DNA from: a virus
IMG/VR virus record: IMGVR_UViG_3300049846_002551
Coordinates: 29,937 to 93,936 of that record
DNA length: 64,000 nucleotides
Reading direction: 5' to 3' (one strand)
This document shows positions 8,522 to 19,160 of this stretch, piece by piece. The translations under genes were made by a program, and so were the position numbers. Every line of letters starts with the position of its first letter. The stretch's first letter is position 1. Under the pieces are notes generated by a model. It made no database searches. It was not told where the DNA came from and saw only the letters and a program-made list of their open reading frames with translations.

Positions 8522-11400
8522 TGGGCGATTTGAATTATGGAGATTTTAGTTTAATAGACGGGAGATTCATATTAGAAGATGTTGAATATGACTCGTTGCC
8601 CGATGGTTGGCAATGGCTAAGTGGTGAAGATGGGCTAAAAGGCGAGACAGTTAGGACGTTAACGCAAACACGAAAGAATATTGTACAACCTGCGCGTACA
8701 GGAAAGAATTGGTATAGCTATTCTGACGAAAGTTTTTCTGGTGATGCGGTTAACAAGTACGTTGATGCTCGTTACATTGTCAGTCAAGTTTGGTCGGTAT
8801 CATGGAATAACGCTTTCATGTCGTGGTGTATGCGCGATCATTTGATGACGCTGTACACTTTACAAAAGGGTTTCTGGTTACAATACGACGACGAAATGAG
8901 TCGAGATTGTGCGACTCTTCAAGCTATTGATAGTGACCGAACTCAGTTTGTCACACCTACTTATCCTATTGCATTTTATCGAAAGGGTGATCCAGACGGT
9001 CAGTACTCTTTAGATACTTGTTATTTTGAACTGAGGATTGATAACGTAATTGTGGATTGGAACGATAATCCATACAGAATTGATCCTGACATTGGGTTAG
9101 TGGTGTTTGAAAGTTCAATCAACGCGAATTCTATTGTGACGTTGAAATATTTATGGAGAGCGTATGTTCGAATTAAGGAATTAAATTTAGCGCAGTTAGT
9201 GATGGCGCAACATCTGTATGTAGGAACTGTTGTATTCGAACAGCTAAAGCCTCCGTTAAGCTTTGAAAGGTTCGATGAATTTTTAGTGGATGAGCCTTGC
9301 CGCGATTGCGAAAATGGTGATCGTAGAATTAATGATGTCGGGGAAGTTTGTAACGATTTCGTTGGGCCAGCGTTAGTGACACACGGCGATGAATCTTTAA
9401 TTGGGTGGGCAAACTTAGGAAACGCAAAGGTTTTAGATGGAGCTTATGCACAATGCACTTTGTTATTAGGGGAATTTTCAGAGCAGTTGATCGCTGAGGA
9501 GTTTAATTTAGCGCCACCAGCCGATGTTCAGTTACGGGTTTCTAAATTTAAAGTTATTATTCATCACGATGATATTAATGTTAACGTTAGGATGGTTTTT
9601 GCACGGCTGTTCTATAACGATCAACTTATAGGCCAGAATAAAGCAACAGGTGATAATGGGGTTGAAAAAACAGTTTCGTTTTACGTGACTTCAGATGAAC
9701 TGGAAGGCTATTCGTTTACGTGGGACGAGTTACAGAACGGTGCGATGGGTGTTTCTGTCAAGTATGAAGCTTTAGACGATACGGTAGTTTCGGTGGACTA
9801 TATTGAGTTGACTGCTTGTTACGATGATGGGGATGAGATTGGTCCGGACATTGGTGATTGCGGATGTGACAGCGACGAAGTTTCGGAAATTACTATTGTC
9901 AATTCTTTATTGAGTTGTACGCATCGAGAGGATGACATTTATATTACAGGATTCTCTATACCGACTAATCATTACGTGCATGGAGTGGAGATTACGAGTT
10001 TTATTGCGGGAGCAGACAAGGGGTGTTTAGAGCCTCCAACTGAAGTAGCGGAAGTTGACATGCGCCTAAAGTTGAATACGGCTCCGTCCTCTTATTCCAG
10101 TTGGTTTTCGAAAAGTGCTCAACCTGTGAGGGTTTGTGATCATGCCTATTTGAACTTCATCGATGCCACTAGCGATTATTCTTGGGGAGGTAAGAACGAC
10201 GACTGGGGTAAGCCTTTTGGTGTCTGGTCCCCTGCACTTGTAAATACTAATGGATTTCGTTTACAAACGGTGTGGGATACGGTTTGTGCCCCGGACGCTG
10301 GAGCTAACTGGAGTTATACTAAATCCTATGACGGCTCGGCAGTTGGAGTCGGAATTGTAGATGGTGGCTGTGACGCCGATTTTGATGACGCCTGGGGAAG
10401 TTCTGGTGAGAACACATCTAGGCAAATGTGTTGTGCTGGGGAAGTTCAAGGAACGCTAAGTTGCGAACAGTCTGGATCGATTACGCACGAGTTCACGTGG
10501 ATTGGTGGTGGTGATCCCCCACCGTTTCTGTATGTGAAGGTTTACGCTAAAGCCTATGCAGGAAATGGGTTATTTTCTTCAGACGCTGATCATTCTCAAA
10601 CAGCGGATAACGGAATAGGAAGCCCCTTTGTCATGGACGCGAGTGGGCAGTTTGGAGTTTCGGAAGAAACGAAACTCTTACAAGTACAGGTTCTGGATGG
10701 GGTGGCGTCGTTGACTCTTCAGATGTATGCATATGCTTCTCAAGGTGCACCGTTATATCCTGTAAACAATCCATGTTGCACAGTTTACGTTACCACTACT
10801 GCAACTATTGATTCACCTGATACTTGCATCTATCCATCGATTGAAGCGGTTTCGGTTAAGGTGCATCATTCACCTGTTTGTAGTGTGGATGCGCTTACGT
10901 ATCAAGAAGCGGCAGTTTCCGGATGGAATACCGTATTCAAAGGTGAGTCGGGGGGTTTGGCGATTAGTTCTGATGGTTCGATTGATGGTGCGTTTTCTTT
11001 GTTGGCGGAGCGTTTTGATGCACCAACGTTAGGGGCTAATAGCAGAATTGTCGGCTTTAGAGTTAGTGGCGAGTTTCGCGTTACACCTGCATATGTTCGT
11101 GTGGCGGATTTAACCTGGAAAGTTCATGTTGGGAGTTACGACTCTGGAAGAGCGGGACAAACTATTAACTATCCACAAATCAACGATTGGACAGAGTTTT
11201 CGTTAGGTGGTAACGGAGACTTTTGGGATTACGGAACTACATACGGAGAAACGGGTGTAACGTATCCCACCGCTACGGGTGCTCAATTAAACTCGTTTTT
11301 GAAACTAGAGTTGTTGGGAGATAATGATGCGAGTTATGCTTATGAGTTTAGAAGCCTAAAATTGAAGTTTTGGTATGTCGATGTTTGTGATGGAGTTTAA
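8521..11400 (+). CDS. Tail protein (distal-tail-like N-terminus plus acidic Cys-rich beta modules)
   Basis: Directly follows tape measure; acidic, beta-rich; N-domain paralogous to next gene. Confidence 0.6.
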   Translation: MGDLNYGDFSLIDGRFILEDVEYDSLPDGWQWLSGEDGLKGETVRTLTQTRKNIVQPARTGKNWYSYSDESFSGDAVNKYVDARYIVSQVWSVSWNNAFMSWCMRDHLMTLYTLQKGFWLQYDDEMSRDCATLQAIDSDRTQFVTPTYPIAFYRKGDPDGQYSLDTCYFELRIDNVIVDWNDNPYRIDPDIGLVVFESSINANSIVTLKYLWRAYVRIKELNLAQLVMAQHLYVGTVVFEQLKPPLSFERFDEFLVDEPCRDCENGDRRINDVGEVCNDFVGPALVTHGDESLIGWANLGNAKVLDGAYAQCTLLLGEFSEQLIAEEFNLAPPADVQLRVSKFKVIIHHDDINVNVRMVFARLFYNDQLIGQNKATGDNGVEKTVSFYVTSDELEGYSFTWDELQNGAMGVSVKYEALDDTVVSVDYIELTACYDDGDEIGPDIGDCGCDSDEVSEITIVNSLLSCTHREDDIYITGFSIPTNHYVHGVEITSFIAGADKGCLEPPTEVAEVDMRLKLNTAPSSYSSWFSKSAQPVRVCDHAYLNFIDATSDYSWGGKNDDWGKPFGVWSPALVNTNGFRLQTVWDTVCAPDAGANWSYTKSYDGSAVGVGIVDGGCDADFDDAWGSSGENTSRQMCCAGEVQGTLSCEQSGSITHEFTWIGGGDPPPFLYVKVYAKAYAGNGLFSSDADHSQTADNGIGSPFVMDASGQFGVSEETKLLQVQVLDGVASLTLQMYAYASQGAPLYPVNNPCCTVYVTTTATIDSPDTCIYPSIEAVSVKVHHSPVCSVDALTYQEAAVSGWNTVFKGESGGLAISSDGSIDGAFSLLAERFDAPTLGANSRIVGFRVSGEFRVTPAYVRVADLTWKVHVGSYDSGRAGQTINYPQINDWTEFSLGGNGDFWDYGTTYGETGVTYPTATGAQLNSFLKLELLGDNDASYAYEFRSLKLKFWYVDVCDGV

Positions 11401-11419
11401 AAAATTAAATCGGTGAAAC

Positions 11420-13009
11420 ATGTCTAGGCAAGATGGCTACTTTATTGTAGACGGGGTTTTTCATACCGATCTACCAGTGGCATTCAGTCAAGTGCTGGAC
11501 GACAATTTTGGTGTGCCTGATGCGGTTTATCATATTGCAGATGGGCAAAAGGTTGTGGCTGTTCAATCACCACAGCTTCTTGATTTAGATACCTATCAGG
11601 ATTATTTTCACAGAAGAAAGATACATGTGCAAGCATGGAAAGCTGATTGGGGTGAAGAGTCGTTGATGACTGTTTTGATGGCGGAACAATTACGCCAATT
11701 GTATAATACTCAACAGAATTTCTGGATTCAATACGATGATGAGATGGCACGATGCTGGGGAAGGTTAGTGGGTTTGAACGCGGATTTAGTGAATGGGCAT
11801 GCCGACCATGTGTACTTTACTCCGCATTACCCGATTTTTCCATTTGGGCACGAGCCACCAGACGATCCAGAAGCGAGTGACGCTTGGGAATCGATGCTGA
11901 TGGTTGGAAGAGAACTCTTAGATGTAGATGCGTATAGCGTTTATCCTGATTACGGAATGGTTGTCATTAATGCAGACGGTCGCCGTTATCATGATCGAAT
12001 TAAAGCACATCTCAAATACACTTGGAGGGGTTATGTTCGAGTTAAGGAGTTGATGTTAAGCCCTCATCAATTAGCGCAAACTTATTATACAGGAACCGTC
12101 GTATTTGAGCAGGTAGCGATTCCAATTAGTGGCGTGGACTTAACGTGGCGCGATGCACCTTACACTGGAGTGTGCACAGTATACGCTACAGTCAGAACCA
12201 GCACGTTTGCTAAGATTGCGATTGTTAGCAAAGCGGCGGGTAGTCGTTACGGCAAGATTATAGGTGGACATAACAACATCACGCCTATCCGTTTGGGTTC
12301 ACGGGTTCGAGCTATTAAAGACATCGTGGCTCACAAATACGGAAGGACGGTTGTGAGTGCGTTTTCTATGGGAGTACCTGGAAATGGGACAGTAACGGCA
12401 ATTGTTGCCGTTTCAGAAACAACTACAGGAACTACGATTGATTCATCAGGTACTGGGTGGTTTGGTTCTACGAACAGCAAGCCATTGGCAGAATTACTTG
12501 CGGATGGAGATGACCTCACTTATATTTATGGTTCTACGTTTAGTCAAAAGTTTAAGCTGACTTCGTTTAGTGATCCTTTAGTTAATAGTGGTCACACTTT
12601 GAATATTAAATGGAGAAGGGGTACGGGAGGCACGACAAAGCTTACGGTGTATTTGTTGCAGGGGACGGCAAAAATAATTGCGGCTGTCACTTTCACACGG
12701 AGTGTGGACGATGACGCGGTTGACACGTATACTTTGAGTGGAGCGCAAGCAGATTTGATTACGGATTACACTAACTTGTATGTAGAGTTCTATTCAGATA
12801 GGTTAGCGATTGTGCCAGCGTTTTTAATTGAGATTCCGATTCCTGGGGCTGGGGTTATTAAGACTCGATCTGTTACTGGTAATGTTGCTGTTCAGTCAAA
12901 GGTAACTGCTGTACGACCACCGATTAATGGATATCCTGAACTTTCTAGGGTAAAGATTGTGACATTAGCAAGCGGCATTTTGGGCTACTCTTGGTCTGGT
13001 AATGATTAA
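11420..13009 (+). CDS. Tail protein, paralog of preceding gene N-domain
   Basis: Shared blocks FWIQYDDEMAR/FWLQYDDEMSR and LKYTWRGYVRVKEL...GTVVFEQ. Confidence 0.6.
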   Translation: MSRQDGYFIVDGVFHTDLPVAFSQVLDDNFGVPDAVYHIADGQKVVAVQSPQLLDLDTYQDYFHRRKIHVQAWKADWGEESLMTVLMAEQLRQLYNTQQNFWIQYDDEMARCWGRLVGLNADLVNGHADHVYFTPHYPIFPFGHEPPDDPEASDAWESMLMVGRELLDVDAYSVYPDYGMVVINADGRRYHDRIKAHLKYTWRGYVRVKELMLSPHQLAQTYYTGTVVFEQVAIPISGVDLTWRDAPYTGVCTVYATVRTSTFAKIAIVSKAAGSRYGKIIGGHNNITPIRLGSRVRAIKDIVAHKYGRTVVSAFSMGVPGNGTVTAIVAVSETTTGTTIDSSGTGWFGSTNSKPLAELLADGDDLTYIYGSTFSQKFKLTSFSDPLVNSGHTLNIKWRRGTGGTTKLTVYLLQGTAKIIAAVTFTRSVDDDAVDTYTLSGAQADLITDYTNLYVEFYSDRLAIVPAFLIEIPIPGAGVIKTRSVTGNVAVQSKVTAVRPPINGYPELSRVKIVTLASGILGYSWSGND

Positions 13010-13011
13010 TA

Positions 13012-16000
13012 ATGGGTTTAAATATTGATAGCTTAATACGCGCTGGGGATGTAGAGATACAGCACCGGATTCGTAGGTACGACGTTAATTGGGGTCGTCC
13101 GCATTTTGCTGTTACTTATAAGCGACTGCTTCTTGCTAAGATGCCCATCGTTTACTGGTCGATGGAGCAGTCAGACTATGGTGGTTCCAGTTTTTATTCG
13201 CGGAATTGGGGGAGCGCAGGACGTGATCAAGATTTACATTATTTTCCGTCTGATGGAACGGGCTTGGTTTGGGATACAGGACAAGCAGACCCAACTGATT
13301 CTGAAGTGGATTTTGGTGGTGTGGGTTACGCGAATAGTATTGTTAGCTTAAGTAATTCTTACTTTGAGTTGGGTTACAGCATAGTGATGTGGATTAAGCC
13401 CAATAGAGTTTTAGATGCGGATGAGATTAACGGTTTGCTTTGCAAACAATTAAATGTTGGTGTTAGAGATGGGGGACTTTGCTCTATTGTCCTACAAGGC
13501 TATGAAGGAGTGAATCGCTTAGGGATTGTTTTCAATGACGATGAATCGATTTACTTGGATACGGCAGATGTTATATTTGAAGTTGATAAATGGTATTGCG
13601 TTGTGGTTACGGTTCAGCCTGGTGGAGATTTGACGTATCCTAATTTACCGATTTCTGCTGACAATCCGCGCTTATGGGTTGATACGAATCCTGTTTACGT
13701 TTATGTGAATGGTGTAAAGGTTTGGGATAATGACGCTGTAGTTTTAAACGAACCAGATTTTGACGTAACTAACTGCAATTGGATTGCAGGGGCTGTTCGA
13801 TTTAATGATGGAATAGGGTTTAATTTTGATGGTCACATGGATGAAGTTGGAGTTTTTCCAATCGTATTTAATCAACAAACTGCAACTCAAATATATGGAT
13901 TAGGTTTAGGGGCTACTTATCTTGAACCAGATGAGGATTTCGATAATGATGTTGTTGGGAGTTATGCCGATCAGAGACGGTACGGACAACTTATTCTTGC
14001 TGATAGCCCTACGAATTATTGGAAAATGGATGAAGTTTTGGATGGAGGTGGTGATGACTATAAGTACGTTCCCGATGCTCAATCAGGATTAGCGAATCGA
14101 AACTTAAGCGTGGCTCGTGGAGCCGGACAATGGAATGAAAACCGTATTGTTGAAAGCCCTATTCTTTCTGCAAATTACTTGTCGTCTGATCCGCCAGGTA
14201 AAGCCTTAAAAATGTCTGGTGATGATTATCCTGGATTCATCAGAGATTTTGAACAGTTGGAAGATACTGGAGAGCAAACGGTTGAGGTCTGGTTTAAGAA
14301 GGATGCATGGTCTAGCCACCCAGACGGCATTATTGGATTAACTGGATTCGATCATGGAAAAGGTTTTAATCTCGCTGTCAAAAGCGATGACCATTGGGGC
14401 GTAATTTTTTACATGTATTGGCACGGGTCTGATCACACCAAAAAGCTCTTCACCAGCGGAAAGATGATTTTTAAGCGAGATACTTGGTATCACGTAGTGT
14501 CTACGCTTAATAAAGACGGTGAAGCGCGTTTGTATGTTGACGGTCAGTTAGTGGACTCAGCTTCGTGGGGTAAAGATTGGAAGTATAAGTACGCGCCGAC
14601 TTCCAATCTATTTGTAGGTGGATGGGATGGTGATCCCAGAAATACACAACCTGTCTTTTATATCGACGATATTGCGCTGTATTCAAAAGCGTTATCTGCA
14701 AACCAAGTTTATACGCATTATTGGACTGGGAAACTTGGGCCTTATGCAAAGATTAATCTAACGGGGGGTGATCCGTTGCAGGAACCGTCACCTTTCATTA
14801 TTGGCGTTAATGAATACAGTGTTTTAGAAAACGAAGAAGATATCACAGAGTTTGTGGACTCTTATAATTTCGATGAGGATATTAAACAACTAGTTTCAAC
14901 TGCGTCGATGACTGTTTACGAAGATTGGAATGCGGGGCAGATTAACACCAAGTTAAACGCTAATACTTATGTGAAGATCGACCGAAGGTTTCGAAGCCAG
15001 TCTTTGGATTATGATTCGGGTTGGGTTTCGATGGGGCATTTTTTGGTTGAAGGGCCTATTGGAAGTAGTGTATCTGCGTCTGGTAGCCGCACCGCAATGG
15101 TGGCGTTGAAGGGGCTGAATAAACTTTTCACTTTGGATTTAGCGCACACCCCAATAGAACCTGATAGGCTGTTAGTTCGGAAACGAAAATTGGATGTAGT
15201 TACCTCAACGGTGGAGTACACGAAATATCATATGAGTCGGGATTCGGATAATCCGGACATTGATAATGTTTTCCAGAACTGGGCTGAGTTTCCTTCCACT
15301 AAAATTTGGGTTACCGATTTTAAAAATTATGATAAAAATGATTCGGATAAGGGTGGTATTAACGATCCGAAAGAAGTTATTCGCATCAAAGGTTCGGAAG
15401 GCGCGGTTCGAATTCTAGGTGGTGAGGGTGCCGTTACGATTGATAATACCTATCTTTTAGATAAAGTGAGTGATCGTGGTTTGGGTGATCCGTCGACAAT
15501 TATGGCGGAATTTTACCGATACGCGACTATCGAAGATAAGAAAGAAGCTGAAGTTTTGGACATGTTTGTTCTTCGAAATCGTTGGCAACTTACATTAGAG
15601 GATGCGGGGTTGTTGATTGATGGTAAATCAATTCTTGTTCGAACTGGAAATGCAAAAGGAAAATTATGGAAGCTTGTTTCAAACGGGACTGCACGTGAGA
15701 TTACTGCGAATGAGAAGATAGATGCTGATACTGTTTTAACAAACATCGGAACTGAAGATAACGATTGGGTTAAGGGGTCATCTTATGGTAGCGCACCACC
15801 ACCTCCAGGTGATGGAACTCAATACGCAATTCAAGCAGTAGGGGATCATACAATTGATAGTACGTTTAATATTGCAGACATTCCATTAACAGCATTTATA
15901 CCACGTACTTCTGTTGATTGGGATGACAATAGCAAGATAACTGGAATTAAGGTTAAGTTGTGGAGGCGGTGTAGGAATCCTTACGGTTTTACTGCGTCGA

Positions 16001-17805
16001 GAGACGCGGTGAAAGACCATATTATGCAGATTCGTGTGGGAAGTTTGTATACCGTATCGAACCCGTTAACGAGTTATTGGCCTACTACAACTATTGACTG
16101 GACGCTTGTGGAATATGGTGGCGATAATCAAACGCTTGGCGTGAATTGGACTTGGGGACAAATCAAAGATTCGTTAGAAGATGTCTCGTTCCAGTTTGCT
16201 GTTACGATTGATCGTGGACCTCTTCTAGATATAGTCGCCGAGTTTTATGAAGTTTCTATTGAATTAATCATTGAAGATTTGGGTGTTATTACACTTCATG
16301 ATATACATGGTTATCCGGTTAATCCAGAATATGAGGGGTTGGCTGTTGGCGATGTCGTTCAGATTGGTGATTACAACTCTGTGGAAGATGCTATTCGAAA
16401 GGTTGCTTATCGATGCGGGTTTCAAGAGAACGATTCAAGTAAGCCTTTCTACTTTGAATTAGATGCATGTCCAACTGCGTTGGCTCCATCGGTTCCGCCT
16501 ATTAGACCGAAGATTAGTGATCAAACGCATTGGGGAGAAATTGTTGAGCAACTATTGCAATACGCTCCACCGAACTATCGTTTATCGATTAACAGCGATG
16601 GGGTTCTTCGTGGTCAACTTGTTGGATTTTTAATTGGTGCGGCACCTAACCATCAACTGGTTGGTCGTTTGGATATTAATGAAGATCACGGTGACTACGG
16701 GATTGCTACACGCTTAGTGATTGAAGGAGAATCTACGGACACTTTTAATGTTGGATTAAACATTGCCGCAGGTGGTACATCAGCGGTTCGCGCTTACGTG
16801 CTAGATGGTTATGCAGACCCCTCGAAACATCCTGATAAAGATGATTATTTGGGAATCACTATTACGCAAGATCAAGCGGACGCTAAATGGCAACAAGTGT
16901 TCAATGGGAATCCAAAAACTCCAGTTCCGAGTGGAGGCAATAGTGCGTGGGTTACTCGATACGGTGTGATTTTAGCTCAGGAAGGTAAGCCAAAAGATGT
17001 TAAGCGTTGGAAATATGAGGATACAGCTTTATGCGCGATAGATATAGGAAGAGCGTCTACAGGTACACCGATTGAAATTGAAGCGTTGGAGTTTACGTGG
17101 TTTAACCATTATTTAGAAGGTAACACGATTTCTCAATCGTTAATCGTTCATTACATGACTGAAGCGGATTACGAAGCAGAGTTTGGTGCTGTTTTAAGTT
17201 CGTCTCCGGATCAAGATGACATGAGTTATTTCCCATCAGCGAATTCCAGAGCTTGGAAACTACTGGTCGATGAATTTGCGCTGGAAGAATCTACGACTAC
17301 AATTGAATCTGGAGAGTTTGAAGGTGGACTTCCGGTTGGGTGTCGTTTCTTAAAGTTTACTAACGGTCAATCGCATTATCGTTTCCCAATGGAAGCACCA
17401 AGTGATAAAGATGCTGGAGTGCGTGTAACGTTAGCTGAATGTAAGATTTGGACTAGTCGAAGAATTATTGCAACTGCTGAACTTGGAGTGAGCGGAATAT
17501 TTGGAACTGGTGATTATAAAGAGTTAGCAACGAGACTTCGACGAAGAACGGACTATTTGGAGAAGAATTTGTATTTGAATAATTTTGATAAAGCTAAATC
17601 ATTTGCTTTAGCGGAATTGCAAGAACGCTATGTTGATTTTACACCGATTGCGGTGACGGCATTTGCTCCGACAGTTGAAGTTGCCGACATAGTTTATTTG
17701 ATTCATCCGGAGACTCGAATCGGAAAAACTTATTTAGTGGTTGCGGCTTCCCATGATGTAAGTGGAGTTGGAAAATTCCAAGTCTTGAATTACGATATCA
17801 ACTAA
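13012..17805 (+). CDS. Large tail/host-recognition protein with two LamG (ConA-like) domains and hub-like C-terminus
   Basis: Two LamG signatures (WYCVVVTV...YVNG...FDGHMDEVGVF; WYHVVSTL...LYVDGQLV...IDDIALYSKALS); position in tail module. Confidence 0.75.
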   Translation: MGLNIDSLIRAGDVEIQHRIRRYDVNWGRPHFAVTYKRLLLAKMPIVYWSMEQSDYGGSSFYSRNWGSAGRDQDLHYFPSDGTGLVWDTGQADPTDSEVDFGGVGYANSIVSLSNSYFELGYSIVMWIKPNRVLDADEINGLLCKQLNVGVRDGGLCSIVLQGYEGVNRLGIVFNDDESIYLDTADVIFEVDKWYCVVVTVQPGGDLTYPNLPISADNPRLWVDTNPVYVYVNGVKVWDNDAVVLNEPDFDVTNCNWIAGAVRFNDGIGFNFDGHMDEVGVFPIVFNQQTATQIYGLGLGATYLEPDEDFDNDVVGSYADQRRYGQLILADSPTNYWKMDEVLDGGGDDYKYVPDAQSGLANRNLSVARGAGQWNENRIVESPILSANYLSSDPPGKALKMSGDDYPGFIRDFEQLEDTGEQTVEVWFKKDAWSSHPDGIIGLTGFDHGKGFNLAVKSDDHWGVIFYMYWHGSDHTKKLFTSGKMIFKRDTWYHVVSTLNKDGEARLYVDGQLVDSASWGKDWKYKYAPTSNLFVGGWDGDPRNTQPVFYIDDIALYSKALSANQVYTHYWTGKLGPYAKINLTGGDPLQEPSPFIIGVNEYSVLENEEDITEFVDSYNFDEDIKQLVSTASMTVYEDWNAGQINTKLNANTYVKIDRRFRSQSLDYDSGWVSMGHFLVEGPIGSSVSASGSRTAMVALKGLNKLFTLDLAHTPIEPDRLLVRKRKLDVVTSTVEYTKYHMSRDSDNPDIDNVFQNWAEFPSTKIWVTDFKNYDKNDSDKGGINDPKEVIRIKGSEGAVRILGGEGAVTIDNTYLLDKVSDRGLGDPSTIMAEFYRYATIEDKKEAEVLDMFVLRNRWQLTLEDAGLLIDGKSILVRTGNAKGKLWKLVSNGTAREITANEKIDADTVLTNIGTEDNDWVKGSSYGSAPPPPGDGTQYAIQAVGDHTIDSTFNIADIPLTAFIPRTSVDWDDNSKITGIKVKLWRRCRNPYGFTASRDAVKDHIMQIRVGSLYTVSNPLTSYWPTTTIDWTLVEYGGDNQTLGVNWTWGQIKDSLEDVSFQFAVTIDRGPLLDIVAEFYEVSIELIIEDLGVITLHDIHGYPVNPEYEGLAVGDVVQIGDYNSVEDAIRKVAYRCGFQENDSSKPFYFELDACPTALAPSVPPIRPKISDQTHWGEIVEQLLQYAPPNYRLSINSDGVLRGQLVGFLIGAAPNHQLVGRLDINEDHGDYGIATRLVIEGESTDTFNVGLNIAAGGTSAVRAYVLDGYADPSKHPDKDDYLGITITQDQADAKWQQVFNGNPKTPVPSGGNSAWVTRYGVILAQEGKPKDVKRWKYEDTALCAIDIGRASTGTPIEIEALEFTWFNHYLEGNTISQSLIVHYMTEADYEAEFGAVLSSSPDQDDMSYFPSANSRAWKLLVDEFALEESTTTIESGEFEGGLPVGCRFLKFTNGQSHYRFPMEAPSDKDAGVRVTLAECKIWTSRRIIATAELGVSGIFGTGDYKELATRLRRRTDYLEKNLYLNNFDKAKSFALAELQERYVDFTPIAVTAFAPTVEVADIVYLIHPETRIGKTYLVVAASHDVSGVGKFQVLNYDIN

Positions 17806-17815
17806 AGATGATACT

Positions 17816-18445
17816 ATGAGAATCGATGCTTTTGAATTGTCGGCGTATGAAATTGTGAGTCAAGCGGATGAGGTTGCAGAACAAATCATAGGCACGGTTA
17901 CGTTAGATGAACCTGCTCCGGAGGGTGGCGTCTTAGTACTCATTGGTTCAATTGATTCCGAATTGAAAGTGCCTAGAAGTGCGTTGGTTGAGCCTGGAGA
18001 AACGTCCGTTAATTTCTATATTGGATCAGGAGCGTTATTACCGCTTTACGTATACCATGTGTATGCTCAAGTTCAGGAGAGTGTGGCGCGTCAGAAAGTA
18101 GTTTTAAAACTTCCTGGTTTGGCGTCTGTTGCCTTTAGCCCGAATAAAGTGGAAGGTGGTGAAGTTTCTCGGTTAACGGTGAATTTAGATTCTCCTGCTC
18201 CGGCTACAGGTGCGCTTGTTTTGTTTACGGAGGTGATTGGCTATGATGGAGAGAACACTCCATTACTATTAGACTTGCCACCTAGTTTGTTTTTCGCGTC
18301 AGGAGACACGACTAATTATTGCGATGTAACCACTCGTGTTTGGGACGGTGGGCGTCGTCCACCACCCCGTGAAATTAACACAGCCGTCGACGCAATTTAT
18401 GGAACGAATACAAAACGTGCTATTCTTACGATTACAGACCCATGA
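17816..18445 (+). CDS. Two-repeat Ig-like protein, probable virion decoration or adhesin
   Basis: Repeats GTVTLDEPAPEGGVLV and LTVNLDSPAPATGALV resemble bacterial surface-protein repeats. Confidence 0.55.
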   Translation: MRIDAFELSAYEIVSQADEVAEQIIGTVTLDEPAPEGGVLVLIGSIDSELKVPRSALVEPGETSVNFYIGSGALLPLYVYHVYAQVQESVARQKVVLKLPGLASVAFSPNKVEGGEVSRLTVNLDSPAPATGALVLFTEVIGYDGENTPLLLDLPPSLFFASGDTTNYCDVTTRVWDGGRRPPPREINTAVDAIYGTNTKRAILTITDP

Positions 18446-18792
18446 TAGCGAGAAAACTTGACTCTGATTTCACGATTACAAAGCGGTTAATCAATCGCGT
18501 AGTAAAGAAAGCAATTAGCGATGAACTACCTGCTGGACGGTCTAATAAGTTTGTTCAGAATTACGTGTTTGGAGTAGGCGGAGGCGGAAGCAACTTCGGG
18601 GGTAACGGTCAATCGCAAGGCAAGACTACAGGCTTAGTATATGATCCTGCCGACCCTGGAGTAATCTCAGAGCAGACTCGCGCAAAAATTCAAGGCTTAA
18701 AAGGTGTGTATTTGCATGATAATCCAAGCGAGGATTCTATCAATATTGTCGCTGAAGCGGTGAACGATCCGTTTTTTTGGTTAGGAATTTAA
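18442..18792 (+). CDS. Hypothetical protein (probable virion)
   Basis: ATGA-coupled ORF in tail operon. Confidence 0.55.
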   Translation: MIARKLDSDFTITKRLINRVVKKAISDELPAGRSNKFVQNYVFGVGGGGSNFGGNGQSQGKTTGLVYDPADPGVISEQTRAKIQGLKGVYLHDNPSEDSINIVAEAVNDPFFWLGI

Positions 18793-18795
18793 ACT

Positions 18796-19140
18796 ATGCC
18801 ACAGTCATCAGTTGCTAGACGTTTAGCTCAAGGTGAAGTGCCCACTTCTCAAACAGTTGTGTATACAGTCGGAGATTCAGCACGAGCTATTTTATCCAGT
18901 ATTTCGTTTCATAACAGTAGTGGTGCGGACCGCTTAGTGAGTATGTGGATTGTGCCAAATGGTGGTTCTGCGGATTCGTCGAATAAATTTTTAGAGACAA
19001 TTTTATCTGATGAAGAGTCTTATCGAGAGAGTGGGTTAGGGCAAGTTTTAGAGCCTGGAGACACAATTATTCTGACAGAAGATAATGGCACATCTGATGT
19101 TGCGTATTATTTATGTGGGGCTGTTTTAACAGAGGTTTAG
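18796..19140 (+). CDS. Small beta-sandwich virion protein
   Basis: Pattern VYTV...ILSSISFHN...VSMWIVP...VLEPGDTI typical of small phage structural proteins. Confidence 0.55.
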   Translation: MPQSSVARRLAQGEVPTSQTVVYTVGDSARAILSSISFHNSSGADRLVSMWIVPNGGSADSSNKFLETILSDEESYRESGLGQVLEPGDTIILTEDNGTSDVAYYLCGAVLTEV

Positions 19141-19160
19141 TATCCGGTAGAATGTAGGAT

